Shown here: positions 20,880 to 31,457 of the stretch, one piece after another
Numbering within the stretch: position 1 is the first letter of the stretch
Layout: every line of letters begins with the position of its first letter
IMG/VR virus record: IMGVR_UViG_3300025018_001528
Source of the DNA: an uncultured virus (IMG/VR IMGVR_UViG_3300025018_001528)
Taxonomy: Duplodnaviria > Heunggongvirae > Uroviricota > Caudoviricetes
Length of the DNA stretch: 64,000 nucleotides
Direction: 5' to 3' (one strand)
The notes under the pieces: generated by a model
Told to the model about the DNA's origin: nothing
Database searches by the model: none
Seen by the model: only the letters and a program-made list of their open reading frames with translations
Translations under genes and position numbers: made by a program

Positions 20880-22060
20880 TATTCAAATACCTCCCTAATT
20901 ATAGTTTGTTCTTTGTATGGCCCTGTTGAAATCCAAACAATTGGAATATTGTATTCCTCTTCAAATGCTGCCACCCAAGCCTTGGTCTCATCAGAAAGTT
21001 CATCCCACTTATTAACACCAGCATCCTTGGCAGAGATGTAATCAGCAAACATTAAACCAATACCGGTGAAACGGTTGATCATCGCCGTTTTCTTAAACCA
21101 CTCATTAGAAAATTCAAATACCCGCCTAACGCGCTTGGTGACTGTCGTAATTTCCTTAAAACTTCCCTCTGGAACACCAGCTCTACGCTCAACTTCTGCC
21201 CACGTGATTTCCTGTGAGCCCGTAGGACCGCTATCACCAGCCACCCTAATAGGATAAGGGCGGATAGCAGCAATAACGTCAGTGACAACCAATGGAGAAA
21301 TCCCAGCTTCACTAATCCACCCCCCCGCATTAGTATCCCGAGATGTAGTCTTCGGATAAGTACCATGATGCAATGAAAGACCCGACCCTTGTGTTCCCTC
21401 TAGTAATACTGATTCACCATCATCAATCAACTCATTAATCATTAGTGTGGTATCACAACAAAATTCCTTAATTCCGGGCCATTCACCAGCCAACTTGACC
21501 AGCCCTCTTGGGGAAGCACCACGCCAAATCTTATCTGCGAGTGCGGCACCACAACCCTCACGCGTTGATCCAACCTTCTTCCAAAGATCATTATCACTCA
21601 ACTTATCACACTTAGTGCACGGATCTACTAGGTCGTTCTGAATATTTGCTTTAATTGTCTGCCACTGTGGGCACTCCATTGGCTTATGGGCATAATCACA
21701 AGGTTCAGTCTGCCCATACTCAGCCAAAATATGCTTAGGCTCAATAATCACTACATTTGGATGAATAAAAACTCGCTTTTCAATATTAGGATCATATTTC
21801 TTAAGCATTGCAATCTCTTTAAAGAAAAGCTCTGGTATAATCATCCCACCAGCACCAATTATTAACTTGGCATCAAAATTGGTCCAGCCAACTGGGATAG
21901 TTTGCATTACAACCTTATCCCCATTATAGTAAATTGTATGCCCCGCATTTGGCGCACCAGTACGAACATGAACACTATAGTAGTCCGCGATAATATTCGC
22001 AAGTTTACCTTTTCCTTCACTACCCCAAGCCCCACCAACCAATACTGTTACCTTAGACAT
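20879..22060 (-). CDS. purZ: adenylosuccinate synthetase family, PurZ0-like (N6-succino-2-amino-dAMP synthase)
   Basis: GGAWGSEGKGK (Ser in place of PurA catalytic Asp), PNAGHT, LLEGTQG, YPKTTSRD, IRVAGDSGP, TTVTKRVRRV, MFADY, STGP. Confidence 0.75.
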   Translation of the reverse strand: MSKVTVLVGGAWGSEGKGKLANIIADYYSVHVRTGAPNAGHTIYYNGDKVVMQTIPVGWTNFDAKLIIGAGGMIIPELFFKEIAMLKKYDPNIEKRVFIHPNVVIIEPKHILAEYGQTEPCDYAHKPMECPQWQTIKANIQNDLVDPCTKCDKLSDNDLWKKVGSTREGCGAALADKIWRGASPRGLVKLAGEWPGIKEFCCDTTLMINELIDDGESVLLEGTQGSGLSLHHGTYPKTTSRDTNAGGWISEAGISPLVVTDVIAAIRPYPIRVAGDSGPTGSQEITWAEVERRAGVPEGSFKEITTVTKRVRRVFEFSNEWFKKTAMINRFTGIGLMFADYISAKDAGVNKWDELSDETKAWVAAFEEEYNIPIVWISTGPYKEQTIIREVFE

Positions 22061-22573
22061 CTATTTTTCCTCTCCCCCTGTATTTATCCCTTGGTGTAAC
22101 ATCATCTGCCTTTTCCTTTCAATTTCTTTCTTTAAATTATGATTAGCACATAATACTTATATACCAAGTGGGAAATTGCTTTTAATTAAAAACACAAAAA
22201 AACTAGTACTAGATTTGCCATGTGTGGCTTTGACTTCTTCTCTGTGTTTTGACCCATTATCCATCACATGGTCCAATACAAGCATATCAACATCAGCTAC
22301 TTCACATCCTGGGTAAGAGCATTTAGGAAAATCAAATAAAGAATAATGAGTTAAACATTCTAATTTAAGCCTTGTGCGATATTTGTATCCTTGTCCCCTA
22401 CTATATTTTCTAATTTTACCACTAAACTTTTTGTAATGATCGTTTTCCTGCACACGTATTTTCTCTCGATTATTACACCTGTACACCCCTTGTTTCTTGT
22501 TTATCTCCTCCTTATTTTTTATATAGTATTTACGTTTGTACTCTTTTACCTCCTCTTTATTTTTGTGGGGCAT
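22061..22573 (-). pseudogene. HNH endonuclease (paralog of 6636..7355) with in-frame TAA at 22157-22159
   Basis: LDHVMDNG...FPLGI*VLCANHNLKK; paralog reads YPTEFQVLCWNHNMKK. Confidence 0.8.
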
Positions 22574-22777
22574 TTATTCTTTCTCTTCTTTCTCTTCTTC
22601 TTCTATTACATCCTGCGGTTGAACTTCGAAAGCAATGAACGTCTGTCCAGTTGTCTCGTCAACCAAAATCTGAGCATCTGGGAAATCATCTACTTCCTCT
22701 TCTGCACCAGGAGCTTCTACAACTGGTGGCTCCCCTGGGTCTACAGCATTTTCAAATTCATCTTCTTTAGGCATCAC
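22574..22777 (-). CDS. small, highly acidic protein
   Basis: Glu/Asp-rich 67 aa, operon-packed. Confidence 0.55.
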   Translation of the reverse strand: MMPKEDEFENAVDPGEPPVVEAPGAEEEVDDFPDAQILVDETTGQTFIAFEVQPQDVIEEEEKEEKE

Positions 22778-24609
22778 TTACCCCCATCTGCTTGATTAAC
22801 AAGCTTATTAAATTCTTCCTCAGAATATATCGCAACATCTTTATGTGTAGCCAACTGCTTGATCGCTCCCATCGTTACACTGTCTATATATTTTCCATAA
22901 ATAACCCCAGTAACATATGGCATGAAATTAGAAATAACCCTACCACAATAATTACTAATAACTTTTTCATATTTAAACCTATCTCTATCATAAAGTAATC
23001 CATCTATAAAAAATGTTCTCTTATATAATTTGTGTTTTGACGGTGGTTCCCTATATCGCCGCATAAAATTTACAAACTGCACCTTATTTGTATCTAGAAA
23101 TTCTAACGTTTTATCAATAATATCACCATCAAGTTCCAACCGTGCTAATGTGGAAGGCAAAAAAATCTGATCAATAGTATGTTCAACACCCATACTACTA
23201 ACCGAAAAAGATGCCATAATTCTATCACATATTGGAAAATCTAAAAATGGCATTAAGACATTTAAAAATTCTCCTGGAGCTTGCCTACTTTTTTCAACAC
23301 CTTCAAATATTGGCAGGTACTCAACAATAGACATATCACCAGAATCTGCTACCATATAAATATCACCAATATTAGATATCTCATATCGACGCATAAAATC
23401 AACCATTATATGTTGCCCAACTTGTGGGCAGAATTTATCCACCCAAGTTTGCACACTACCAAGTATAACCGCTGGGCATCTAGGATTAATACAAAACATT
23501 TTGTTATCCCTAACATCAACCCTATAACCACATTTTGGACATCCAGGAGCCAAAATTGGTATTTTACCACTACCAAATTTCCTTTCTAATAAAATCTGCC
23601 CATCTTTAATAACACACGAAAACACATCACCAATACAATACTTATCTATATCTCGTACATTAAACCCAAATATCTTTTTATAAAATACCCTAGCTTTGGT
23701 ATCAATCTTAATTTGACCAGGGGCCACACCTTCTAATGGATAATTACCATATTTAAATGCAACAACCGGTATAATATTGACCTGACCATTATCCACGACC
23801 GTATCCCAAGACAATCCAACAACCTCAAATAATGTTGTTGGGGAAATGTCTGTAGTAACACCCCATTTATTGATTGTAGTGGTTGATAAGAGATCTACCA
23901 TTTCTATATCACTATACGAAGTTAATACCTTTGTACACGCATACCCAAGATTACCACTCCCAGCAACCAACTTAGCACTCTCAATAGCTCGACTCCATTT
24001 TGGTGTCGTAGTACCCAACAAAACAGCAGTCTTAAATCCAATCCTATTTAAAGTTTCAAACATATCACCAATCTCATCAAATACTATTGGCATAAAATGT
24101 GCGCACGAAACAACAAAATCACACGCTAATATCTGTTCATCTGGAAATGGTGATATCATCAATTTGTATAATTCTTGGTTTGACAATTTAGAAACAATCG
24201 AACCAAGAATGTACCCATTATCTGAGGGCATACGACAAATAGGTACACCACCGATAAAATGAATATTATGGGTTATATCAACATTCATTCCTGGTGTTAT
24301 CATCCATAACGCTTTATATATAAATCTATTCTTAATTTCAAGGCGTATATTTAATAGTTTTGGCAAAAGTGCTATTGTCAATTCATCGGAATACCTACCA
24401 GATAACTTATAATTACTACTTGCCCACGCATCAAGTTCTGCAACATTATTAATTGAATTAAACATAGCCCCATATTTACTATTACCTTCTAGTAATACAA
24501 ATTTCTCACCCTTGGCTAAATAATGATTAGGTAATATATTATTAAATCTTTGAGTATTACCTGTATCACGACATTCTTTAGCAATATCATATAATTCTTT
24601 ATTTGTCAT
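22774..24609 (-). CDS. NAD-dependent DNA ligase-like protein, apparently degenerate
   Basis: OB-like region, CPKCG...CINPRC Zn finger, HhH-like region and C-terminal BRCT-like end (SEEEF); no KxDG motif. Confidence 0.6.
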   Translation of the reverse strand: MTNKELYDIAKECRDTGNTQRFNNILPNHYLAKGEKFVLLEGNSKYGAMFNSINNVAELDAWASSNYKLSGRYSDELTIALLPKLLNIRLEIKNRFIYKALWMITPGMNVDITHNIHFIGGVPICRMPSDNGYILGSIVSKLSNQELYKLMISPFPDEQILACDFVVSCAHFMPIVFDEIGDMFETLNRIGFKTAVLLGTTTPKWSRAIESAKLVAGSGNLGYACTKVLTSYSDIEMVDLLSTTTINKWGVTTDISPTTLFEVVGLSWDTVVDNGQVNIIPVVAFKYGNYPLEGVAPGQIKIDTKARVFYKKIFGFNVRDIDKYCIGDVFSCVIKDGQILLERKFGSGKIPILAPGCPKCGYRVDVRDNKMFCINPRCPAVILGSVQTWVDKFCPQVGQHIMVDFMRRYEISNIGDIYMVADSGDMSIVEYLPIFEGVEKSRQAPGEFLNVLMPFLDFPICDRIMASFSVSSMGVEHTIDQIFLPSTLARLELDGDIIDKTLEFLDTNKVQFVNFMRRYREPPSKHKLYKRTFFIDGLLYDRDRFKYEKVISNYCGRVISNFMPYVTGVIYGKYIDSVTMGAIKQLATHKDVAIYSEEEFNKLVNQADGGK

Positions 24610-25594
24610 AAAATCCCCCATAAATTTTACCACAAAGTTTTTCAATCTTAATTCTAAATTGTGGTGTATATGAACTACTTCTATTTAATATATTAATATA
24701 TAACGAATAAACAGACATTCTACCCATTAAAGTCTGCAATTGTTTATAATAGGCCGGGTCAATTGATTTTAATTCTCTCCTAACCATACCAACCAACCCA
24801 TTTACACCATCTGGCCGCTCTTGTACCATGGCATCATGAATATCAATGACAACATCATACAATTTACTCATTGCTATATCAACCATAAAATCTAATAAAA
24901 TATCAGTTTTTTTCTTACTCTGCTGATTAACAGCCACAAATGGGATCTCGACACCATTTAATATCGCACACTTATTTATATCTATATACCATACCGCTGG
25001 ATATGCTACTATAGAAGCCTTTTTAACTATTTTATAATCCAACATACCAATTTCACTATTTAATACCGCAACAGCTTTTTTAATTGGACCTGCTTGAGTT
25101 TTTATCGTCCCACCATCAACATATACCATCCTCATAATCCTAGATTGTTCACACATCAAAATATTAACAACATTAGCCTCAGTTTCTTTACTGATTATAC
25201 CATTTAATATATACTCATTTGGGATAAAAACATATTTTTCTGGTACCATACACCTAATTACACCTTTTGTATGTAAAATATACACATTTTCTATATATTT
25301 ACTAAATATATCATTTAGGCACCTTATTGCTAAGTCATTTGATAGGGATGTTAATAGGGAATATGTGGTAGACTTAGAGGTAAACAGGCGGGAAATGGTA
25401 GGTAGGAGATAATGTGGTAATTCAAAAACACTTTTCCGTTGGTCTACCTTACCACCAACATTAAAATACCCAGTTGTAACCTCTATTTTATTAAATGACA
25501 AGAATTTAATATAGGCTGGGGGTACTACCAATTCGGTAAGACCCCCGACCTTTGCAAACTTAATTGCCTCTTTTAATTCGGCAAATTCAGCCAT
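24599..25594 (-). CDS. hypothetical protein, weakly DUF932-like
   Basis: IRCMVPEKY...N and VLNSEIG patterns. Confidence 0.4.
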   Translation of the reverse strand: MAEFAELKEAIKFAKVGGLTELVVPPAYIKFLSFNKIEVTTGYFNVGGKVDQRKSVFELPHYLLPTISRLFTSKSTTYSLLTSLSNDLAIRCLNDIFSKYIENVYILHTKGVIRCMVPEKYVFIPNEYILNGIISKETEANVVNILMCEQSRIMRMVYVDGGTIKTQAGPIKKAVAVLNSEIGMLDYKIVKKASIVAYPAVWYIDINKCAILNGVEIPFVAVNQQSKKKTDILLDFMVDIAMSKLYDVVIDIHDAMVQERPDGVNGLVGMVRRELKSIDPAYYKQLQTLMGRMSVYSLYINILNRSSSYTPQFRIKIEKLCGKIYGGFYDK

Positions 25595-25608
25595 ACTTTT
25601 TTATCGCT

Positions 25609-25702
25609 CATCAGTAAATGAGTACAAATGCCCCAATTTTTCATATATATATAACATCAGTAAATGAGTACAAATACCCCAATCTTTCATATATATATAA
25701 CA
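25609..25702. repeat. 46-bp tandem duplication in AT-rich intergenic region
   Basis: CATCAGTAAATGAGTACAAATRCCCCAATYTTTCATATATATATAA x2, two mismatches. Confidence 0.9.
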
Positions 25703-26169
25703 GACGAAGATGTAGGAAATTATAATCCGACCCAATACATACCATCACCTTACTAAGATCTTTCCTAATAGCGGATATCTGTTTATCCTTTGATACCGAC
25801 ATCTTAATTATCCTACTCAATCGTGTAATAACCCAATCATTTTAGATTTTCGCATTGTGGCCTCTTGTTTTAGTTCTTGATTTTAATATATTTTGACTTG
25901 GATTTTGAGGTTGCGATTTTATAAAAAGAAATAAAAATCAAACCCTTAATTTACGTAGTATCCAGGGGTTCCAGGATTCTACTGGTTGTATCGCAACAAA
26001 ATATACTTCCAAAAATTATTTATTCCACAACTCCCACATTATAAACTGTAATTTATGTAATCTGCTAGTCAATTTACGCCATCCCATAGTATGAATGTTG
26101 GTTTCTTTTATACAATCTCTTGCTGTAAATATTGGTATCCATATAAATCTATATATGATTTCAGCCTTC

Positions 26170-26382
26170 TTATCTGTGAGCATTTATCATCATTTTTTGG
26201 TAGAACTTCTCTAAAGCAAATGATACCTCTTCATCTTCTAATTCTCTAGCCATTACCCATTGCATAACCACCTGAAAATTAACCGGATCTATTTCTCCTT
26301 TTGGGAAAAATGTATTGGCCAAAAAATCTGCTGTATCTTCTATTGACTCTGGTGCAATCAAATATTTAGGATCAACTGACAT
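26170..26382 (-). CDS. hypothetical protein
   Basis: AAGGAGG RBS. Confidence 0.55.
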   Translation of the reverse strand: MSVDPKYLIAPESIEDTADFLANTFFPKGEIDPVNFQVVMQWVMARELEDEEVSFALEKFYQKMMINAHR

Positions 26383-26829
26383 AACACCCTCCTTATTTTA
26401 AATCGCGTATCCCAAGACTATATATAATACGATCAATAAGTATCGAAAAATCAGATCCGTCCCCCATCCACCCCACATTACCAAATAATCTGTCCAATAT
26501 TGCAATGATATTTAGGTCCTCACCAGCAACACCTTATACATCCAAAAGCTATATACTCACCACCCGATCCAACTAATATCTTCTCCGGAGTTTTGTAATG
26601 CATACCTTCTCCATGTCCACAATTATCACAAATTACCTCATCCCATGTTTCAACTTCTGTATGTGTAACTATATGGCTCATCCTTTCCTGTACTCCCCCC
26701 TAAAAAAATTTACCATATCTTCTACCTTTTTACATAATTCAATAGACAGAGACAAATTTGTGCATATCATCAGCAACATGTATACCTGAACAAATATTGC
26801 ATGGCGTCTGTTCTTAAAATATCTGCGTT

Positions 26830-27282
26830 TCATAATATAATCACTTGGCTCCACTCACGTATTTTGTACTCTCCCAGTTTAGACTTAGCCGGGCGTTTTG
26901 GATTTGGGTCGCGAACCCATTCTCCATCCCAAAATACACAATGGAAATATCCTGACAACATTTCACTTTCAACAAGTAATATTGCGGGCTCAGTAATGGG
27001 AATTTCTATTTTGATAACTTCATTTGGGTCACCATTAAAGCGAATTGGTATACTCCATTCTGGTGATGTACCTAGTGCATATCCACGATCCACTAGATAT
27101 AATACTACCTCTCTATCAGTGAATCCTCTACATTTCGATGGGTGTGATTCATTTGGGTCTGGTTCCGACCCATCATGCCCGATATATTTAATAAATTTCT
27201 TTAGTGTCTCACCAGTTATCATACACGCACAACACGCAAAGCAACTATACGAGTCTGACTGTTTTATAGTCCTATATCGCCT
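26830..27282 (-). CDS. papain-like / C39 peptidase-like protein
   Basis: KQSDSYSCFACCACM...HCVFWDG...RDPNP (Q, C, H, D arrangement). Confidence 0.55.
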   Translation of the reverse strand, partial: RRYRTIKQSDSYSCFACCACMITGETLKKFIKYIGHDGSEPDPNESHPSKCRGFTDREVVLYLVDRGYALGTSPEWSIPIRFNGDPNEVIKIEIPITEPAILLVESEMLSGYFHCVFWDGEWVRDPNPKRPAKSKLGEYKIREWSQVIIL

Positions 27283-27733
27283 CATACCACATTCCTTTCT
27301 AGGCACTCAGCGATCCTAGCAAAATCATTGGTTAGTTTAACCATGTGACAGTTTGTGTATTGTTTCATGGTCGGTCATCCCTTTGTTTGATTGTCTTATA
27401 CCTTCTAAGGACCATCATTTCCTAGGCTCCCCTATACCAATACACATTAAGTCTATACCATAAATTATCTACTTTCTCGTAAACATCATCACTGATTAAC
27501 CCTTCGTTATTTTTGGCTATTTTACATATAGTGTATAATAATTTTAATACCATCATCATACTACAGTTATTTTGCATCCGGCTTGTCACCTATGTGCTTT
27601 CCCATGCCAATGTGTGGCTATGTTTTCATACAGATTTGTAAGTTTACTACGCAATTCTTCACTATATATTGTCCTATATCTTGGATCTACTGTTATCGGT
27701 ATTAAAAATTCATATATCTCTTTAATATATCTA

Positions 27734-28111
27734 TTATTCTGCAAACTTCTTCTTTTCTTCAAGTACCCCTCCATTTTCTATTATCGCTTGGCGTAATTGT
27801 TTTAAAACATTTGATGGTAAAGTTATTTCGCCAGATAAATTGGCCCTATACACACGAATATATTCCCTTATTATTTCCGTTTGCTTCCGGTTAATTCGGT
27901 AACGCCTGACGCGGATTAATGTTTGGTAACGCTTGAATTCAACTTCGCAGGCTTTACAGCGGGCCTTACGTGGAACCATGTCTGGCATCAAGTGCTCAGA
28001 TGGGGAAATTAGAAAATACTCTTCATGTTCCTTGCTAAATTTATAATCTCCAGATATATCCTTCCAACCTAGGCATTTACGGAAGATATAGGGGTCAAAC
28101 AGATTATTCAT
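27734..28111 (-). CDS. hypothetical protein with CxxC
   Basis: ORF packed against downstream neighbours. Confidence 0.5.
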   Translation of the reverse strand: MNNLFDPYIFRKCLGWKDISGDYKFSKEHEEYFLISPSEHLMPDMVPRKARCKACEVEFKRYQTLIRVRRYRINRKQTEIIREYIRVYRANLSGEITLPSNVLKQLRQAIIENGGVLEEKKKFAE

Positions 28112-28832
28112 GTTTACCTTGATTTATAAATTCATTTGCAAGTTTGGTAAGTTTGGCAAAAACAACCCCAACCCTAGCAGGACTGACGTTCCAATATACT
28201 GCCACCCTACTTGGAAGGTTAATACAACCAGAACGCCATTTGCCTCTCCGAAGCTCAAAATCACAGATACTGCCTTTACAAGTATCTGGGCATATATCAC
28301 ACGGTCCCTTATTATGCCCACACAATATGCTAAATAAATATAATACTTTTTTTGCTTTTTGTTTTTCCAAGTATGCTCTGAATTTCTCTACTTCAAGTTT
28401 CCCTTCTGCTATTTTATCTGGGCCACATTGAGTCGTTGACCTAGATATAATATCCTCACCATATATTGTTGAATAAGATATTTCACTTCCGCATTTAGGA
28501 CATTTGTCATATTTCTTGGTAGCCCATATCTTACATGCGCAATGTGGGAGTAAATTGCGATTGCATACTCTGCGAACATAATCTTGTACCGCATGTACCC
28601 CACCATCCACCAAAAAACCAAACTGTGGTGATGTCCCGGTGCCCTCTTTGAATGGTTTGACTTTCTTAAGACGACGAGTGACCCCAAGCCAAAATTCCTG
28701 CTGGACATCTTCATAAGTACAAAATTCGAGTAATGATGGAGGGAATTTTACTGGGAGTCCGCGCTGCTTAATATGGGTATATACTTCTTGAAACAATGCG
28801 TCCTTGTCAAAGACAGCATTATCCATTACCAC
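28104..28832 (-). CDS. sigma-factor-like transcription protein with Zn ribbon
   Basis: EDVQQEFWLGV...DYVRR (region-2-like), CPKCG, C-terminal HTH-like VAVYWNVSPARV. Confidence 0.45.
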   Translation of the reverse strand: MVMDNAVFDKDALFQEVYTHIKQRGLPVKFPPSLLEFCTYEDVQQEFWLGVTRRLKKVKPFKEGTGTSPQFGFLVDGGVHAVQDYVRRVCNRNLLPHCACKIWATKKYDKCPKCGSEISYSTIYGEDIISRSTTQCGPDKIAEGKLEVEKFRAYLEKQKAKKVLYLFSILCGHNKGPCDICPDTCKGSICDFELRRGKWRSGCINLPSRVAVYWNVSPARVGVVFAKLTKLANEFINQGKHE

Positions 28833-29556
28833 CTCATATTTTAATCTGGTTGTTAATTACTGTTTTTTGGGGGTTTTAACAATTCTTCCTTAATATTTGT
28901 TGCAATCTCTCCAATTTTTTCCTTAAGGACTTCCCTTGTGTTTTCGAGGTCATTAATTACTTCTTCAAAAGCTCCATCAAGGTTACCCTGGTACTCTGCT
29001 TTGGGATCTACTACTTCAGTCTTGTCATCGGCCATAACTTACCTCCTGGTGAGTGATTAATGTATATCACTAAATTAATACTAATTAGTGTGCAATCTGC
29101 CATCCATTATGCCAATATAAGGCCTTAGTTGCTCCATTTCTGATATTTAACATATCTACTCGCACCCATTTAGCATATTTTGTTTTCCATGATCTAGTGA
29201 TTATATATCCCAATTTTATCCTTTTTACTAGTCCAATTTCTTGTTCTCTTGTTAGTTTTATTTTCCCCCATTTTTTTGGTTTCTATATTTATGATCATTT
29301 TTACTCCTTTAATTTTGGTTGAGCATGGTTATAAATATAATCTATTGCTTCTATTAGTGGCATAGATGCTTTATTGCTAAGATTGGGTTCATACACATCA
29401 TATGAATCCTTACCACTATATTCAATAACATAACTCTTATCTTTGCCACGCACCGTGATAAAATTGTCAGGATGTTCTAACATATATTGCTGTACAATAT
29501 CACCATATTCATGTCGATTATTCACCTTTACTTCTTTTACCTCCCCACCTAGGTAA

Positions 29557-29964
29557 TTATCTAATACTAGTTCCATTTCTTGTTCCCTCTCCGTTCAATT
29601 TTATAGTATAAAGCTTCCCATTATTGGAATATATGACATCTTTTATCCCGTACTCATGTGCAAGTTGTAAACACCCCGCACAGGGCTTGGCATTTTTGAA
29701 ACCGGCCCTAATTGAAAATAAAGTCGCACCCTTAGTATGCGATGCCCAGTGAAGTGCCCTCATTTCAGCATGAGCCTTATCCTTAATCTTACCATAAGAA
29801 GATGGCATTGGACAAGTCTTACCTTGAACATTAGTGGCAATTGATAAAAAAGAACGGCCCACAACCATAGCAACATGTTTATACCTAACATGGTCTGAAT
29901 TCCCAGCATATGCCTCAGCACGCCTCGCAAAAGATGAAATACGCTTAGACGGTTCGCCCTCCAT
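29557..29964 (-). CDS. zinc-dependent cytidine/deoxycytidylate deaminase-fold protein
   Basis: HAEMRAL...KPCAGC. Confidence 0.8.
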   Translation of the reverse strand: MEGEPSKRISSFARRAEAYAGNSDHVRYKHVAMVVGRSFLSIATNVQGKTCPMPSSYGKIKDKAHAEMRALHWASHTKGATLFSIRAGFKNAKPCAGCLQLAHEYGIKDVIYSNNGKLYTIKLNGEGTRNGTSIR

Positions 29965-30014
29965 AATTAATCTATCGTACACAAACTCATTCTACAATAT
30001 GCCATAATTATCCT

Positions 30015-31457
30015 TTAGAGTATTTTGATTGGTTCCCATCCCTTAAAAGCATCTAAAATATCTTTAACCTTAACATATGGTAGTAATTCTGTTCCATAAG
30101 AAGCTTTACCAAACTTTTTATTTACTACATCCACATACACAGAGAATCTACCCTCATCTGTGTAATACTGTCTTTTATCAATGGATTTCAGATCATCTTC
30201 ATATCTATTAGCAATAAGTGTATCAACAGAAACATCTAATTGTTCCGACTCCTCATCTTTAAAAAATTTATCTACAAATAAGGCCCAACCAGTACTATCT
30301 AAATACCCACCAGTACTACGCCCGCCGCCTTTTTTACCAAGCAATAGCAGATGATGACGAAACATATTGGTCTTTGATAGCCGCTCCAATATATTTATAA
30401 AATTAGACATTGGATGTTGATCCAATATATAATGTAGTATAATTTTAGATCTACCAAAAAAATTATTCATATCACAATCCCGTGCTGCTGTCATTATTTT
30501 TATATATCTATCTAAATCATCCAAAGTACTAACACTTATACCAATTGATCCAACTACATTTTTTAAAAGTTCAAAGTTACGTGGCGTAAAAAAATTATAA
30601 TTCTTTGTAGAAAAATTTGGTACCATACCAAGTTTTTTAATTTTGTTTAATATTTTAAAAAAATCACGGTGTAACGTTGGTTCACCACCACCCATTGCAA
30701 TCTCAAATACCTCGGCCTTAGCCATCCCTACAAGAACTTTTTCTATATCTTCATATTTAGCATGGTGACCACTAGGTAAACTTCCTTGATAGCAAAATTT
30801 ACATTCAGTATTGCATTTGTCAGTAATTTTAAGATCTATTAATTCTGGTCTTGTTGGTTTGAAGTCATCAATAAATTGATTATCATTTAACGCAAGGTGC
30901 ATTTTTGTCCCGTCATAGGTATTAAATAATACCCAAATATCATCATCCTTTCTAATACGGTAATTACTGTTGTAATGATTCAGTGCGTTGCGTATTGCGC
31001 TCCAAAATGGATGCTCTTCAGCTTCGACATCACCACCATTATCATTACCACCAGCTATTTCTACCGTTTGGTCTTTACTTATTGCAATAGAAAGTTCTTT
31101 CCAAAAATCAAGTGCCAATTTTTTATTCATACGCTGCGGGATTTCAATGGCAGATTGATGATCAATACCAGTACCGAATCCACACTCAACACCAAGAAGA
31201 TCTTTGACTATTTTCCTCGCCCGCTTTGATTTGGCAGCACGGTCCTCATGATTAGACAAGCAATCAAATAATGCCTGGGCCATATACGACATCTTTTCCT
31301 TATAAGTAGACTGTAAAAAATGCTCCCATCCAAATTCACCATCTGTCACTGGCCCACTATTTCCTGATTTTAATGATCCAGCCAAGATTACACTATGGGC
31401 CGATGAGGAATTGGTCGCGAACCCTTTCAGTCGAATCTTCAGCAATTGTATACCCAT
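30015..31457 (-). CDS. radical SAM protein with N-terminal TNSSS domain
   Basis: GFATNSSSAHS; CNTECKFC (CxxxCxxC); GGGEPTLH. Confidence 0.9.
   Translation of the reverse strand: MGIQLLKIRLKGFATNSSSAHSVILAGSLKSGNSGPVTDGEFGWEHFLQSTYKEKMSYMAQALFDCLSNHEDRAAKSKRARKIVKDLLGVECGFGTGIDHQSAIEIPQRMNKKLALDFWKELSIAISKDQTVEIAGGNDNGGDVEAEEHPFWSAIRNALNHYNSNYRIRKDDDIWVLFNTYDGTKMHLALNDNQFIDDFKPTRPELIDLKITDKCNTECKFCYQGSLPSGHHAKYEDIEKVLVGMAKAEVFEIAMGGGEPTLHRDFFKILNKIKKLGMVPNFSTKNYNFFTPRNFELLKNVVGSIGISVSTLDDLDRYIKIMTAARDCDMNNFFGRSKIILHYILDQHPMSNFINILERLSKTNMFRHHLLLLGKKGGGRSTGGYLDSTGWALFVDKFFKDEESEQLDVSVDTLIANRYEDDLKSIDKRQYYTDEGRFSVYVDVVNKKFGKASYGTELLPYVKVKDILDAFKGWEPIKIL

Noticed and set aside
20879..22060. Ordinary host-like purA
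   Set aside because: Catalytic Asp replaced by Ser and PurZ-type C-terminal motifs present.
22157..22159. Stop-codon reassignment (TAA read as Gln), suggested by in-frame TAA here and at 48755
   Set aside because: TAA, TAG and TGA all terminate well-defined genes, long core ORFs are uninterrupted in the standard code, and no suppressor anticodon was found.
25609..25702. CRISPR-like array
   Set aside because: Only two directly abutting copies with no spacers; no cas genes.
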